Origin: Bacteroidota bacterium
GTDB taxonomy: Bacteria > Bacteroidota > Ignavibacteria > UBA10030 > UBA6906
DNA length: 64,000 bases
Assembly: GCA_040756745.1 (NCBI GenBank)
Contig: JBFLYO010000003.1
Coordinates: 15,072-79,071, forward strand
Direction: 5' to 3'
Below the pieces are notes generated by a model. It saw only the letters and a list, made by a program, of their open reading frames with translations. It was not told where the DNA came from and searched no databases. Positions 1 to 10,143 of this stretch are shown here, piece after piece. Numbering within the stretch: position 1 is the first letter of the stretch; the number at the start of each line of letters is the position of its first letter. The translations under genes and the position numbers were made by a program.

Positions 1-1
1 C

Positions 2-703
2 ACCGGCGACATCCGGAAGCGTCTCCGGACGCTGTTGGGCTGTTTTCTCTTCCGCGGCGACGACGTGTTCAAGAAGGTGGCCGTCCTGTCGGGCGGGGAA
101 AAGAGCCGCCTGGCGCTGGCAAAAATGCTCCTGCAACCAGCCAACCTGATCGTGCTTGACGAGCCGACAAACCACCTCGACATGCGGTCGAAGGGGGTGC
201 TGCGGGAGGCGCTCGCTGACTATGAGGGGAGCTTCGTCATCGTGTCGCACGACCGCGATTTCCTCGACCCGCTTGTGACAAAGGTGATCGAAGTGCGGAA
301 CGGCCGGCTCACGACCTATCTGGGGAATGTCAGTGACTATATCGATGCGAGACGCCGTGCGGATGAGACCGCCCTGGAACACCGTCCGGTTCGAAAACAT
401 CAACTCCCAACGGGTGCGAAGGAACGCAAACGGGCCGAGGCGGAGGAACGACAACGCCGCTATCGGCTGACCAAGCCATTGCAGGAGAAGATCGCGGCCC
501 TGGAACAGTCGCTCGAAGCCGCCGAGAAGGAGAAGGCGGAATTGGAACGGCTCATGGGCCAAGAGGATTTGTACAAAGACGCGGGACGAATAAGAACCGC
601 GACCGCCCGGTATCAGGAGCTGACGGGATTCCTCAACGATGGGTACTTCCGGTGGAACGAGCTCGTCAAAGAGCTCGAGCGACTGGCGGGGAACGGGGCG
701 TGA
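2..703 (+). CDS. ABC-F family ATPase (Uup/YheS/EttA-like), 5' end truncated by window edge
   Basis: The open frame runs from the window edge. It has the ABC signature [15 protein letters not shown] and a D-loop (LDEPTNHLD), followed by a charged coiled-coil C-terminal tail typical of ABC-F proteins. Confidence 0.8.
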   Translation, partial: TGDIRKRLRTLLGCFLFRGDDVFKKVAVLSGGEKSRLALAKMLLQPANLIVLDEPTNHLDMRSKGVLREALADYEGSFVIVSHDRDFLDPLVTKVIEVRNGRLTTYLGNVSDYIDARRRADETALEHRPVRKHQLPTGAKERKRAEAEERQRRYRLTKPLQEKIAALEQSLEAAEKEKAELERLMGQEDLYKDAGRIRTATARYQELTGFLNDGYFRWNELVKELERLAGNGA

Positions 704-2127
704 TGAAGCGGGGCGACATCATCGAAGTAGAGATCGAACGCGCAGCGTATGAAGGGAAAAGCGTTGCACGCGTGGAAGGGCTCGTCGTCTTCGTGCATGG
801 CGGCGTTCCGGGTGACCGGGTGGCGGTCTGCGTGACAGCAGTGAAAAAGGCATTCGCAGAATCCGAGATCGAGCGAGTGGTGCGCCCATCACCCCTGCGT
901 GTGGAGCCGCGATGCCGGTATTTTGGTTCCTGCGGGGGTTGCCGATGGCAACATGTGGCATATTCGGCTCAACTGGAATTCAAGCGTCAGCAGGTCACCG
1001 ATGCACTTGAGCGCATAGGAGGATTCAACGGGATCGAGGTCCCTCACCCTCTCGGGGGACCCGACACGTTTCACTACCGGAACAAGATGGAGTTCTCGTT
1101 CGGGGAGCGGTGGCGCACGAGAGAAGAGATGGCTGCGCGAACGGACCCGGAGGGACGGCAACCGGCCGCGTTCGCGCTTGGACTTCATGTGGCGGAACGG
1201 TATGACAGGATCCTCGACCTTGAAGAGTGCTATCTTCAGTCAGAGGAAAGTGCGGCAATTGTGAACGAAGTACGGCGGTATTGCATCGAACGCGCACTAC
1301 CTGTCTATTCCACGCGGACACAGAGCGGCTATCTTCGGAACCTTGTGATCCGCGAAGCGCGACGGACCGGCGAGCGGATGATCAATCTGGTGACGCGGGA
1401 TGACCGACCCGACATCATGGGACCAATGGCAGAGCATCTGCATGCCCGGTTTCCGTCAACAACCACGATAGTGAACAACATCACTCAGCGGAGATCCCAG
1501 GTGGCGGTCGGAGAAACTGAGAAGGTCTATTTCGGCAGCGGGACCATCACGGATCGGATCGGAAATCGCACCTACAGAATCTCCGCGAATTCTTTTTTTC
1601 AGACGAACACCGAACGGACGGAGCGTCTGTACGACACGGCACGGCGAATGGCGGAATTTCGCGCCGAAGACACTGTCTACGATCTGTATTCGGGGACAGG
1701 AACCATCGCTCTGCATGTCGCGGACGATGTACGGAGCGTGTTCGGGATTGAAGCGGTTGCGGGCGCTGTCGCCGATGCCCGGCGCAACGCAGAACTGAAC
1801 GGTGTCGGGAATTGCACGTTTGTGGAAGGAGATCTGAAAGACACTCTGCTCCGTTCGCGCACGCAAGGGGGAACGATTCCGTCCCCTGATGTCGTCATCG
1901 TAGACCCGCCTCGTGCCGGCATGCACGAAAAAGTGGTGCGCGAACTGCTCGCATTGCGTCCTCGCCGGATTGTCTACATCAGCTGCAACCCGGCAACGCA
2001 GGCCCGCGATGCGAAAATCCTCTGCGAATCGTATGCCTACCGAATCGTGGAAGTCCAGCCGGTCGACATGTTCCCACACACGTACCATATCGAGAATGTT
2101 CTCTCGCTCTCGTTGAATCCTCTCTGA
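703..2127 (+). CDS. rlmD: 23S rRNA (uracil-5-)-methyltransferase RlmD/RumA family (TRAM domain, Fe-S cysteines, SAM MTase)
   Basis: An N-terminal TRAM-like domain (GDIIEVEIERAAYEGKSVARV) is followed by a CxxxxxxCxxC cluster (CRYFGSCGGCRWQH) and a class I SAM methyltransferase region (DLYSGTGTIAL, DPPRAGM). The ATG at 703 overlaps the upstream stop (TGATG). Confidence 0.8.
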   Translation: MKRGDIIEVEIERAAYEGKSVARVEGLVVFVHGGVPGDRVAVCVTAVKKAFAESEIERVVRPSPLRVEPRCRYFGSCGGCRWQHVAYSAQLEFKRQQVTDALERIGGFNGIEVPHPLGGPDTFHYRNKMEFSFGERWRTREEMAARTDPEGRQPAAFALGLHVAERYDRILDLEECYLQSEESAAIVNEVRRYCIERALPVYSTRTQSGYLRNLVIREARRTGERMINLVTRDDRPDIMGPMAEHLHARFPSTTTIVNNITQRRSQVAVGETEKVYFGSGTITDRIGNRTYRISANSFFQTNTERTERLYDTARRMAEFRAEDTVYDLYSGTGTIALHVADDVRSVFGIEAVAGAVADARRNAELNGVGNCTFVEGDLKDTLLRSRTQGGTIPSPDVVIVDPPRAGMHEKVVRELLALRPRRIVYISCNPATQARDAKILCESYAYRIVEVQPVDMFPHTYHIENVLSLSLNPL

Positions 2128-2222
2128 TTTCCGTTGATTCTTTGCGACGGAAAGAGTACATTGCGCGTTATTTCGTCCCCCGCCTGTGCTACGTGTTACC
2201 CATCTCTGGATAGCATCCTCGT

Positions 2223-4700
2223 ATGGCGAGGAATTCGCTCACGCTGGTCATACTCCTGATCTCCTCACCCCTTCTCGGCGTGGCGGAACCCTCACCGAAG
2301 AAAGCCATTGCGGTCCGGACGCTCTCGCCTCCCGTTATTGACGGGCTGGTGGATGACCCGCAGTGGGCGACCGCCCCGCCGCTCCTCGATTTCACTCAGT
2401 TTGACCCTGTCGAAGGGGTCCTGCCGACCGAACTGACATCGGTGCGGCTCCTCTACGACAACAGCGCCCTGTACGTCGGGGTCATCTGTTACGATGCTCA
2501 TCCGGAACAGATCGTCCGCCAACTCACGCGCAGAGACCGTAGCTCGGAGGCGGACAGGTTCAGCGTGATGATCGACTCGTACTTTGACCGGCAGACGGCG
2601 TTCGTATTTGTCACGAACGTGTCCGGGGTGCAGAGCGACGGCGTGCTCTCACAGGACGGCGCGCTCTACGATCTGAGCTGGGACGCGGTCTGGACAGTAC
2701 GGACACGAGTGTATCGCGACGGCTGGTCGGCGGAATTCGAAATTCCCTACAACGCGATCAGGTTTGCGGAACAGGCGAGAGGCGTGTACACCTGGGGGAT
2801 CAACTTCCGGCGCTACATCAGCCGCAAGAAGGAAACCGACGAATGGGTCATGGTACCGCGGCGCGAGATGCTGCAGATCTCCCGCTGGGGGACCGTGGAG
2901 GGGATCAAGGACATTACACCGCCGTTGCATCTGGAACTCCTTCCGTATCTCTCCGGCACCGCATCGTACCAGACGGCATATCCCGGGCGCCCATGGAATT
3001 CATCGTACAGCTGGCAGGGAGGTGTTGATCTGAAATACGGCATCGAGAGGAATTTCACCGTCGATGCAACGATCAATCCCGACTTCGGACAGGTGGAAGT
3101 GGATCAGTCGGTGCTCAATCTCACGGTCTTTGAAACACGGTTCCCCGAGAAGCGGCCCTTCTTTGTTGAAGGGGCCCAGCTCTTCACGTTCGGATCCGCC
3201 GTGGATAACACGCCGCTCTCGGTCTTCTTTTCGCGGCGCGTCGGGAAACGTCCCTCCGGCAGTCCGTTCGTCGTCGAACCGCCGGGCGGCAGCATCGAAG
3301 AAAATCCGCAGGTGACGACAATCTTTGGGGCCGTGAAGTTATCCGGGCGATCCCATTCCGGCTTCTCCATGGGACTGCTGAGCGCGGCGACGGATGAGGA
3401 GAAGGCGGTGCTCGTTGACTCTGCCGGTGCGCGCACCGGCACCGTTACGGAGCCGCGGGCCTCGTACAATGTCGTACGGCTGAAGCAGGATTTCGACGGC
3501 GGCTCGTGGCTCGGCGCGATCGGAACGCTGGCATCACGCAGAACGATGAACCCTGCATTCGCCGGCGGATTGGATTGGAACATCCGGCTGGATGGCGGCA
3601 CCTACACGATCGACGGGTACGGTGCGGCGGCGCATTCTTCGACGGAACGGGTTCTGCGCGACGGTTCGTCGGGGCGCGACGGCGGGGCGGGCCGTGTGCT
3701 GTTCTCCCGCATTGCGGCGGAGCACTGGCTGTACACCGGATCGTTTGATTTCTATACGCGCTATTTCAATCTGAACGACCTGGGCTTCTTCGCCCAGCCG
3801 CATGACTACGGCGGATACACGCAGCTGCTCTACCGGGAGAATTTCGGAACCGGTCTCTTCCGGCGCTATGCGATCTCGGCCGTCCCGGAAGCGCGATGGA
3901 ACTGGGACGGCGTGTTGACGAACGCTTTGTCGGACCTGTCGTTCACCGGCGAGTTCATGAATTTCTGGCGGCTGGTGCTGGTCTACGACCTTGCGTTCCG
4001 CGCCTACGACGATGAAGAGCGGGGGATCATCGGCCTCTACCGGCGGCCACTCAGCCACACCTTCCGCACGCAGGTCAAAACCGACGAGCGCAGGAATATT
4101 TCTGCCACACTCACGCTGTCGTATGCATTTGATGAACGGCGGAAGCAGTCATGGAGCGGATCGCTCGGGCTCACCATCCGGCCGGTGTCATGGATTGAAT
4201 TGAGCCCGTCTCTGTTATGGACGCAAACGCGGGGCGAAGAGGCCTGGGCATTCCCGGCGGGGAACGTGTTCGATCCGGCGGTAAGCGCAACGCCCTTCAG
4301 CGTGTTCGGCGACAGGGATCTTGATCAGGTGGACGTGGAACTCCGGGGGATTGTCACATTCTCGAGGACGCTCTCGCTACAGTTCTTCTCGCAAATCCTG
4401 CTCGCCCGCGGCACATACCTGGACTACAGGCGATTCGATGGGCCACGAGCGATCCCGTATGACTTTGCCTCGTCTGCCGGGTACATTAGTCCCAATTTCA
4501 ATGAAGCGGTCTTCAACGCAAACGTTCTTCTCCGGTGGGAGTACCTGCCGGGGAGCACGCTGTATCTGGTCTGGACGCAGGGGAGGTTCGGCGATTCAGG
4601 CAATCCTGCGACAGGATTTGAGCGGCGGCTGCGCGATACGTTTGCGCTTCCGCACGATGACGCGCTGCTGCTGAAGATCAGCTACTGGTTCCCGCTCTGA
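2223..4700 (+). CDS. secreted DUF5916-type protein with N-terminal carbohydrate-binding family 9-like domain and large C-terminal beta-rich domain
   Basis: It has a signal peptide. The N-terminal region (DDPQWATAPP...LLYDNSALYVGVICYD) resembles CBM9-like domains of Bacteroidota DUF5916 proteins. The ORF is 825 aa with a clean start. Confidence 0.55.
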   Translation: MARNSLTLVILLISSPLLGVAEPSPKKAIAVRTLSPPVIDGLVDDPQWATAPPLLDFTQFDPVEGVLPTELTSVRLLYDNSALYVGVICYDAHPEQIVRQLTRRDRSSEADRFSVMIDSYFDRQTAFVFVTNVSGVQSDGVLSQDGALYDLSWDAVWTVRTRVYRDGWSAEFEIPYNAIRFAEQARGVYTWGINFRRYISRKKETDEWVMVPRREMLQISRWGTVEGIKDITPPLHLELLPYLSGTASYQTAYPGRPWNSSYSWQGGVDLKYGIERNFTVDATINPDFGQVEVDQSVLNLTVFETRFPEKRPFFVEGAQLFTFGSAVDNTPLSVFFSRRVGKRPSGSPFVVEPPGGSIEENPQVTTIFGAVKLSGRSHSGFSMGLLSAATDEEKAVLVDSAGARTGTVTEPRASYNVVRLKQDFDGGSWLGAIGTLASRRTMNPAFAGGLDWNIRLDGGTYTIDGYGAAAHSSTERVLRDGSSGRDGGAGRVLFSRIAAEHWLYTGSFDFYTRYFNLNDLGFFAQPHDYGGYTQLLYRENFGTGLFRRYAISAVPEARWNWDGVLTNALSDLSFTGEFMNFWRLVLVYDLAFRAYDDEERGIIGLYRRPLSHTFRTQVKTDERRNISATLTLSYAFDERRKQSWSGSLGLTIRPVSWIELSPSLLWTQTRGEEAWAFPAGNVFDPAVSATPFSVFGDRDLDQVDVELRGIVTFSRTLSLQFFSQILLARGTYLDYRRFDGPRAIPYDFASSAGYISPNFNEAVFNANVLLRWEYLPGSTLYLVWTQGRFGDSGNPATGFERRLRDTFALPHDDALLLKISYWFPL

Positions 4701-5608
4701 CCGGCAACCCGATCGACGAAGAACTCCAGGACCCGCCGCCAGTATTCCACCCCCCCCACGTCGGCAATGTCGTTGTGCCGCGCCCCCTGTATGAGCCAGA
4801 GCTCCTTTGGCTCATTCGCGTTGGCAAAGACCGTTTCCGAATACGTGTACCTGATCAGGTTGTCAGCGGTTCCGTGGATAATGAAGATCGGAACACGAAC
4901 GTCTTTCACGGCTTCCAGTGGCGACACGGCGTTCGCCTTGAAGTGCGCGAGATGCTCCGACCGCTTGATGACGATGTTCCGGAGGTAATGCCAGGGCAGC
5001 TTGATCATCCGTCGCTGGTAATCGTCGAAGATGGTACGTAGTGTAGCGAAACCGCTCTCGGCGACGAGCGCGACAACGCGATGATCGATCGCGGCGACCT
5101 GGATTGCCACTGCGGCCCCCATGGAGGTTCCGAAGAGGCCAACCCGTCCCGTGCGCAGATCCTTTCTGTCGAGCAGCCAGGAGATCGCCGTCGTTGCGTC
5201 GTGCTTCTCGTAGAAGCCGTAGGTGCAGTACTTCCCCCCACTGTCACCGTGGCGCCGTGAATCGTAGAGGAAGACATTGAATCCAAGGTCGTGGAGCTGC
5301 TTTGCCATCGGCAGACCGACGATCTTGCACTCGCTGACGCCGTGGAGATACACAATGGTGCCCCGGGGCTCTGCCGGTGCCTGGATGAACCAGCAGCTCA
5401 ATGCAATGCCCTCGGGGGTCTTCAACGTGACCTCTTCAAATGGAAGGCCGAGGTCCGAAGGGTGGAAGACGGAGGTGAACCTGCGGTAATACTCAATGGT
5501 CCTGCGGTGAGGCTGGAGCAGCATCCCCGGGCCAATCACCAGCAGCACGGCGGACACGAAGACCATGAAGAGCACCGCCCATCCGAGCAGGAGCAGGAAG
5601 ACGGTCAT
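4682..5608 (-). CDS. membrane-anchored alpha/beta hydrolase
   Basis: It has the GxSxG nucleophile elbow (GTSMGAA) and an HGTADN acid/His region, with an N-terminal TM helix. The ORF track extends to 5785. I prefer the ATG at 5608 (MTVFLLLLGW...), which sits immediately before the TM segment; alternatives are 5647 and 5785. Confidence 0.65.
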   Translation of the reverse strand: MTVFLLLLGWAVLFMVFVSAVLLVIGPGMLLQPHRRTIEYYRRFTSVFHPSDLGLPFEEVTLKTPEGIALSCWFIQAPAEPRGTIVYLHGVSECKIVGLPMAKQLHDLGFNVFLYDSRRHGDSGGKYCTYGFYEKHDATTAISWLLDRKDLRTGRVGLFGTSMGAAVAIQVAAIDHRVVALVAESGFATLRTIFDDYQRRMIKLPWHYLRNIVIKRSEHLAHFKANAVSPLEAVKDVRVPIFIIHGTADNLIRYTYSETVFANANEPKELWLIQGARHNDIADVGGVEYWRRVLEFFVDRVAGQSGNQ

Positions 5609-5723
5609 TCGTACAGCGCCGGTGGGGTGGTCGGTGCGTCCATGCATCAATATACACCCCCCCGGCAAGGGAAGCAACCTTGCGCGTTGCTTCTCCCGGA
5701 GGTCGTCTGTATATTGATACGCC

Positions 5724-6875
5724 ATGAACTCCGGAGCGGCCGGGCCGCAGCGCATCGCCATCGTGCACGAATGGTTCACCTCCATGCGGGGGGGCGAGAA
5801 GTGCGTCGAGGCGATGTGTGAAGCGTTCCCGCACGCGGATGTGTATGCCCTCCTTCACGTTCCGGGAACAGTCTCATCCGTGATCGAGCGGGCGATCGCA
5901 GGGACGTCGTTCATCCAGCACCTTCCCGCCGCGGCGACCCGATACAGGAACTACCTTCCCCTCTTTCCTCTCGCCGTCCGACGTTTTGATCTCAGCGGCT
6001 ACGATCTCGTCATCAGCTCGAACCACTGTGTTGCCAAAGGAGCGCGCACAGGAAGGAACACACTGCACCTCTGTTACTGCTACACCCCCATGCGGTACAT
6101 CTGGGGACTGTACGACGAATACTTCGGCAAGGGGCGCGCAGGGCTTCTGACGAGGGGTGCGATGCGGGCGTTCGTCGGGCCGCTCCGGCGGTGGGATCTG
6201 GCTACGGCGCGCAATCCTCATCGCTTTGTGGCGATCTCTCACAATGTCCGCCGGCGGATACAGGAGATCTATGGCCGTGACGCGGACGTGATCTACCCTC
6301 CGGTAGACACATCTCGGTTCACGCTCTCGCGCGATGACGATGGCTACTATCTGATCGTGAGTGCTCTCGTGCCGTACAAGGCGGTTGATCTTGCGATCGC
6401 GGCGTTCAATGCTTCGGGGGATCGGTTGGTGATCGTCGGAGAGGGGCCGGATCGCCGCAGACTGGAGGCGCTGGCAGGTCCCACCATTCAGTTTGACGGG
6501 TGGCAATCCGACGACCGGCTGGCCGAATATTATGCCGGCTGTTCCGCTGTGATCTTTCCAGGGGAAGAGGATTTCGGCATCGTGCCGGTGGAGGCGATGG
6601 CGACCGGAAAGCCGGTTCTCGCCTATGCGCGGGGGGGAGCGCTCGAGACCGTGGTGGACCGCCCCGGGCTCCGGGCCGGAGTATTTTTCCATGAGCAGAC
6701 GGTCGCGTCGCTCCTGGAGGGACTTGAAAAGTTGAAGAGGACTGAATTCGATGCTTCGGCGCTGCGGCGGCATGCGCTGACATTCGACCGGGAATTGTAC
6801 AAGTCGCAACTCATGGACTTCTGTCTCAGACGGTGGCGGGAATTCACTTCCGGATCCCTTCAAGCGTATATCTGA
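5724..6875 (+). CDS. glycosyltransferase family 4 (GT-B, EX7E motif)
   Basis: The GEEDFGIVPVEAMATGKPV motif is typical of GT4/group 1 glycosyltransferases. It is divergent from the hydrolase gene. Confidence 0.8.
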   Translation: MNSGAAGPQRIAIVHEWFTSMRGGEKCVEAMCEAFPHADVYALLHVPGTVSSVIERAIAGTSFIQHLPAAATRYRNYLPLFPLAVRRFDLSGYDLVISSNHCVAKGARTGRNTLHLCYCYTPMRYIWGLYDEYFGKGRAGLLTRGAMRAFVGPLRRWDLATARNPHRFVAISHNVRRRIQEIYGRDADVIYPPVDTSRFTLSRDDDGYYLIVSALVPYKAVDLAIAAFNASGDRLVIVGEGPDRRRLEALAGPTIQFDGWQSDDRLAEYYAGCSAVIFPGEEDFGIVPVEAMATGKPVLAYARGGALETVVDRPGLRAGVFFHEQTVASLLEGLEKLKRTEFDASALRRHALTFDRELYKSQLMDFCLRRWREFTSGSLQAYI

Positions 6876-6954
6876 GAAGGTGTTATCGGGTTTTCTCGTT
6901 GACTTTCCCGGCGGATTTCCATATATTTAGAGTCCAAATTTTCTAAGGTTGTGA

Positions 6955-7869
6955 ATGCCCCAGGAGGGAACCCGGCAGAGGAAATCGCCGCGTCTCTATA
7001 ACGTCGTCGTCGTGCCGGTGGAGGAGGGAGGGACGACCCGGACCTTCCGGACCAGCCGGCTGACGATTGGCGCACTTCTCCTTCTTGGTTTTCTTGCCAG
7101 CGTCGCCGTCACGCTGGGCATCCTCGTCTACACTCCCCTCGCGATGTACGTTCCGATCCCGAACCCCGGGCTCGAAGAACGATATGGGCGCCAGATCGTC
7201 GAAACGCAGCAGCGGCTCAACGCCCTGGCGGAAGACGTCGTGCTGTTGAGGGATTACAATAACCAGCTGCGCAAAGCGCTGGGAGAAGGGGGAGCGCGCG
7301 ACTCCTCCGCCGCACGGCATCTTCCCCGGATGCGCGATCAGCGGGATGAGGGTGTTCGCGCCGCACCGCCCCCGTCGCTGGTCGGGGACCCCGATCTGGG
7401 CATGCCGCTTGACGTTGGGCTCGAGACTGGTGAATCACCGGCGCAGTATGTGAGCGTCTCCACTGCAGCCCCTCCATCGCGGGCGTCCTTCCCTCTGCTG
7501 ATGCCGGTGCAGGGATTCGTGACGCAGGGGTTCGACCCCTCGCGCAACCACTTCGGCATGGACATCGCTGCCCGGCGCGGAACCCCTGTGCATGCGCCGG
7601 GCGACGGCGTCGTCCTCTTTGCGGGGTGGACGTACGACGACGGCAACATGCTCATCATCGCTCACGGGGCGGGGTATCTGACGGTGTACAAACACAACCA
7701 GGCATTGCTGAAGAATGCGCTGAGCGGCGTGCGGCGCGGTGAACCGATTGCGCTCCTCGGAACATCGGGGAAAACGAGCCTGGGCCCTCATCTGCATTTT
7801 GAGGTGTGGAAAAACGGGACACCGCAGGACCCCGACAACTATCTTCTCGTCCCCACGCGCACGCACTAA
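6955..7869 (+). CDS. M23 family metallopeptidase (LytM domain) with N-terminal TM and coiled-coil
   Basis: The C-terminus carries the LytM motifs HFGMDIAA...GTPVHAPGDGVV...GPHLHFEV (HxxxD, HxH). There is an N-terminal membrane anchor. Confidence 0.8.
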   Translation: MPQEGTRQRKSPRLYNVVVVPVEEGGTTRTFRTSRLTIGALLLLGFLASVAVTLGILVYTPLAMYVPIPNPGLEERYGRQIVETQQRLNALAEDVVLLRDYNNQLRKALGEGGARDSSAARHLPRMRDQRDEGVRAAPPPSLVGDPDLGMPLDVGLETGESPAQYVSVSTAAPPSRASFPLLMPVQGFVTQGFDPSRNHFGMDIAARRGTPVHAPGDGVVLFAGWTYDDGNMLIIAHGAGYLTVYKHNQALLKNALSGVRRGEPIALLGTSGKTSLGPHLHFEVWKNGTPQDPDNYLLVPTRTH

Positions 7870-7887
7870 GGGAGGCAGAGGAGCACC

Positions 7888-8265
7888 ATGGCAGAAAAGA
7901 ACCAGACGGCCGGCACCTTCAGCGTTATCGGCACCGGTACGGTGATCAACGGCAACATCAAGACGGAAGGGAGCATCCGTGTCGACGGCAAGATCGTCGG
8001 CAACGTGGTCACGCAGGCCGATGCGGCCGTCGGCCTGAGCGGAGTGGTGGAGGGATCGGTCGATGCGCGCAATATCACTGTGGCGGGCAAGGTCCTCGGT
8101 ACCTTGACCGCAGCGCAGAAGCTGGTGCTTGAGAGCCGGGCGGTGATTCGCGGCGATCTCCGCACGACCCGTCTCGTGGTGGATGAGGGGGCCGTCTTCG
8201 ACGGGAAGAGCACGATGGCCGGAGCTCCTTCCGCGTCGTCTCCCCCGGCCCGCGATTCCCGGTGA
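7888..8265 (+). CDS. bactofilin (CcmA-like polymer-forming cytoskeletal protein)
   Basis: Repetitive beta-helix bactofilin/DUF583 pattern (VIGTGTVINGNIKTEGSIRVDGKIVGNV...AGKVLGTL...). A Pro/Ser-rich tail follows. Confidence 0.8.
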   Translation: MAEKNQTAGTFSVIGTGTVINGNIKTEGSIRVDGKIVGNVVTQADAAVGLSGVVEGSVDARNITVAGKVLGTLTAAQKLVLESRAVIRGDLRTTRLVVDEGAVFDGKSTMAGAPSASSPPARDSR

Positions 8266-8269
8266 CGTC

Positions 8270-8542
8270 ATGGCTGAAGAAGGGAAGCCGAAACCGTGGA
8301 GCGTCGTCTACGGCCCCTTCCTGACCCTTGGCCTGCAACTGGCCATAACTGCGGTCGCGTTCTTCTTCGTCGGGCGGTGGCTTGACGATGCGCTGGGGAC
8401 GGCTCCCTGGCTCATGCTGGCCGGGCTTGCAGTGGGTGTCGCCGGCGGGTTGATCAGTTTCCTGCGAACGGCGATTGCACTGGGGAAGGAGCAGGACCGG
8501 GAGACCGAGGAACGACGAAAGGGATCGGAGGATGAAGAATAA
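8270..8542 (+). CDS. AtpZ/AtpI-family small membrane protein (putative F0F1-ATPase-associated subunit)
   Basis: 91 aa with two TM helices and an LxxGxWLD motif (FFFVGRWLDDALGTAPW), typical of AtpZ encoded ahead of atpI. The start was chosen at the ATG after the bactofilin stop. Confidence 0.55.
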   Translation: MAEEGKPKPWSVVYGPFLTLGLQLAITAVAFFFVGRWLDDALGTAPWLMLAGLAVGVAGGLISFLRTAIALGKEQDRETEERRKGSEDEE

Positions 8543-8921
8543 GGGGAGATTCCCCCTCCAGGTGGGAATGGTCCTCGCGGGGTCCGCTGCACTGATTGCC
8601 TTTCCGCTGGTGCAGTATGGCACGCCGGAGATCGTGTGGGCGGTTGCGGCAGGCGCACTTCTGAGCACTGTCAATGTGCTGCTCGGATACGTTGCAATCG
8701 AATACAGCTTCGAGAAGTCGTACACAACGTTTGTGAAAGCCGTGCTGGGGGGAATGGGGCTGCGCATGGCGGCCATGCTTGCTGCCCTGACGGCCCTCAT
8801 CGTGTTCGGCGGGATGCACGCCGTGGCGTTGACGGTGTCAGTGATGGGGTTCTACGCAGTGTATCTTGTGATGGAAATTGTTTTCATCCAGCGGAAAGTT
8901 TCGCTCAAGAACCGGGAATAG
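8532..8921 (+). CDS. atpI: ATP synthase protein I (AtpI), hydrophobic
   Basis: Small four-TM hydrophobic protein immediately upstream of atpB. The start was chosen at MKNKGRF. Confidence 0.6.
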   Translation: MKNKGRFPLQVGMVLAGSAALIAFPLVQYGTPEIVWAVAAGALLSTVNVLLGYVAIEYSFEKSYTTFVKAVLGGMGLRMAAMLAALTALIVFGGMHAVALTVSVMGFYAVYLVMEIVFIQRKVSLKNRE

Positions 8922-8927
8922 ACAGAC

Positions 8928-9833
8928 GTGTCCATGATGGTGTTTGAGGATGGGGCCAAGGTGCTTCTCCCCGCCGGCGCCGATACTCTTCGGGCGGCTG
9001 CGGAGCATGCGGGGGGGCATGAGGCGAGCGGAGAGCTGTTCACAGAACTGCTCCACCACGTGCAGGACTCCCATGAGCTTGAGCTCCCCTATCTCCATGT
9101 GTCGCTTCCCCGGTTCACGCCCTTCGAGGTTGCAGGGATCACCATCGATATGTCGATCACCAAGCACGTGGTCTTCCTCTGGGTTGCCGCGGCCATCCTC
9201 TGTGTCACCGCAATGCTCATCGCCCGCAGCAACACCCGCCGTGCGGTCCCGCGGGGGTTCGGCAACCTCTTCGAGATGTTCATCGTCTTCATTCGTGATG
9301 AGATTGCTCTGCCCAACATGGGGCCCCAGGGCCTTCGCTATCTCCCGTACCTGCTGACGACCTTCTTTTTCATCCTGATCATGAATCTTCTCGGCCTCGT
9401 CCCTTATGGGGCATCGGCCACGGGGAACGTATCGGTCACGGCCGGACTGGCATTCATTGCCTTCATCATGATTCAGGTGTCGGCCATCCGGGCGCAGGGG
9501 CTCGGCCCCTACCTGGCGCACCTGAGCGGCGGCGTACACTGGTCGCTCTGGCCCATCATGATCCCTATTGAGATCCTCGGCCTGTTCACCAAGCCCTTCG
9601 CGCTCTGCATCCGTCTGTTCGCGAACATGACGGGAGGGCACATCGTGATCGTCTCGCTGATCGGGCTGATCTTCATTTTCCAGTCGTACCTCATCGCGAT
9701 CGCTCCCATCGGGTTTGTCGTCGGCATCAATTTTCTGGAGCTGTTTGTCGCATTTCTGCAGGCATACATATTTGTGATGCTGACGTCGCTCTTCATGGGA
9801 CTCGGCATTCAGGCGGGCGGTCACGGGCATTGA
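8928..9833 (+). CDS. atpB: F0F1 ATP synthase subunit a
   Basis: Conserved subunit a motifs (LCIRLFANMTGGH, essential Arg) in a multi-TM protein. Confidence 0.95.
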   Translation: MSMMVFEDGAKVLLPAGADTLRAAAEHAGGHEASGELFTELLHHVQDSHELELPYLHVSLPRFTPFEVAGITIDMSITKHVVFLWVAAAILCVTAMLIARSNTRRAVPRGFGNLFEMFIVFIRDEIALPNMGPQGLRYLPYLLTTFFFILIMNLLGLVPYGASATGNVSVTAGLAFIAFIMIQVSAIRAQGLGPYLAHLSGGVHWSLWPIMIPIEILGLFTKPFALCIRLFANMTGGHIVIVSLIGLIFIFQSYLIAIAPIGFVVGINFLELFVAFLQAYIFVMLTSLFMGLGIQAGGHGH

Positions 9834-9897
9834 GCGGCACCCTACCGCAAAGTTCACCGACACCACAACAATCACCGTACTCTGAAGGAGGAACATC

Positions 9898-10128
9898 ATG
9901 GATCCCAAAGCACTCGGCTACCTGGCAGCAGGCATCGGCGCAGCGTTGACCGTCATCGGCGCGGGCATCGGTATCGGGAAGCTTGCGGCGGCGGCGATGG
10001 AAGCCAGCGGCCGGCAGCCCGAAGTGGCGGGACAGGTCCGCACCTCCATGCTGATTGCCGCGGCGCTGATCGAAGGCGCAACCTTCTTCGCGCTGGCCAT
10101 CTGCATCATCCTTGCCACGAAGTCCTAA
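9898..10128 (+). CDS. atpE: F0F1 ATP synthase subunit c
   Basis: 76 aa hairpin proteolipid with the AIGIGxLG and conserved Glu (LIEGATFFALA) motifs. There is a strong RBS GGAGG. Confidence 0.95.
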   Translation: MDPKALGYLAAGIGAALTVIGAGIGIGKLAAAAMEASGRQPEVAGQVRTSMLIAAALIEGATFFALAICIILATKS

Positions 10129-10143
10129 CGCCGGAGAAGCGGC

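Noticed and set aside
2128-2222. Possible terminator or small RNA between rlmD and the DUF5916 gene
   Set aside because: Only weak 4-5 bp stems (TCCGT...ACGGA) and no U-tract. Insufficient evidence.
8838-9908. 356-aa minus-strand ORF
   Set aside because: It is antisense to atpB and atpI, with a low-complexity Asp/Glu/Arg/His composition and no domain. A typical high-GC antisense ORF.
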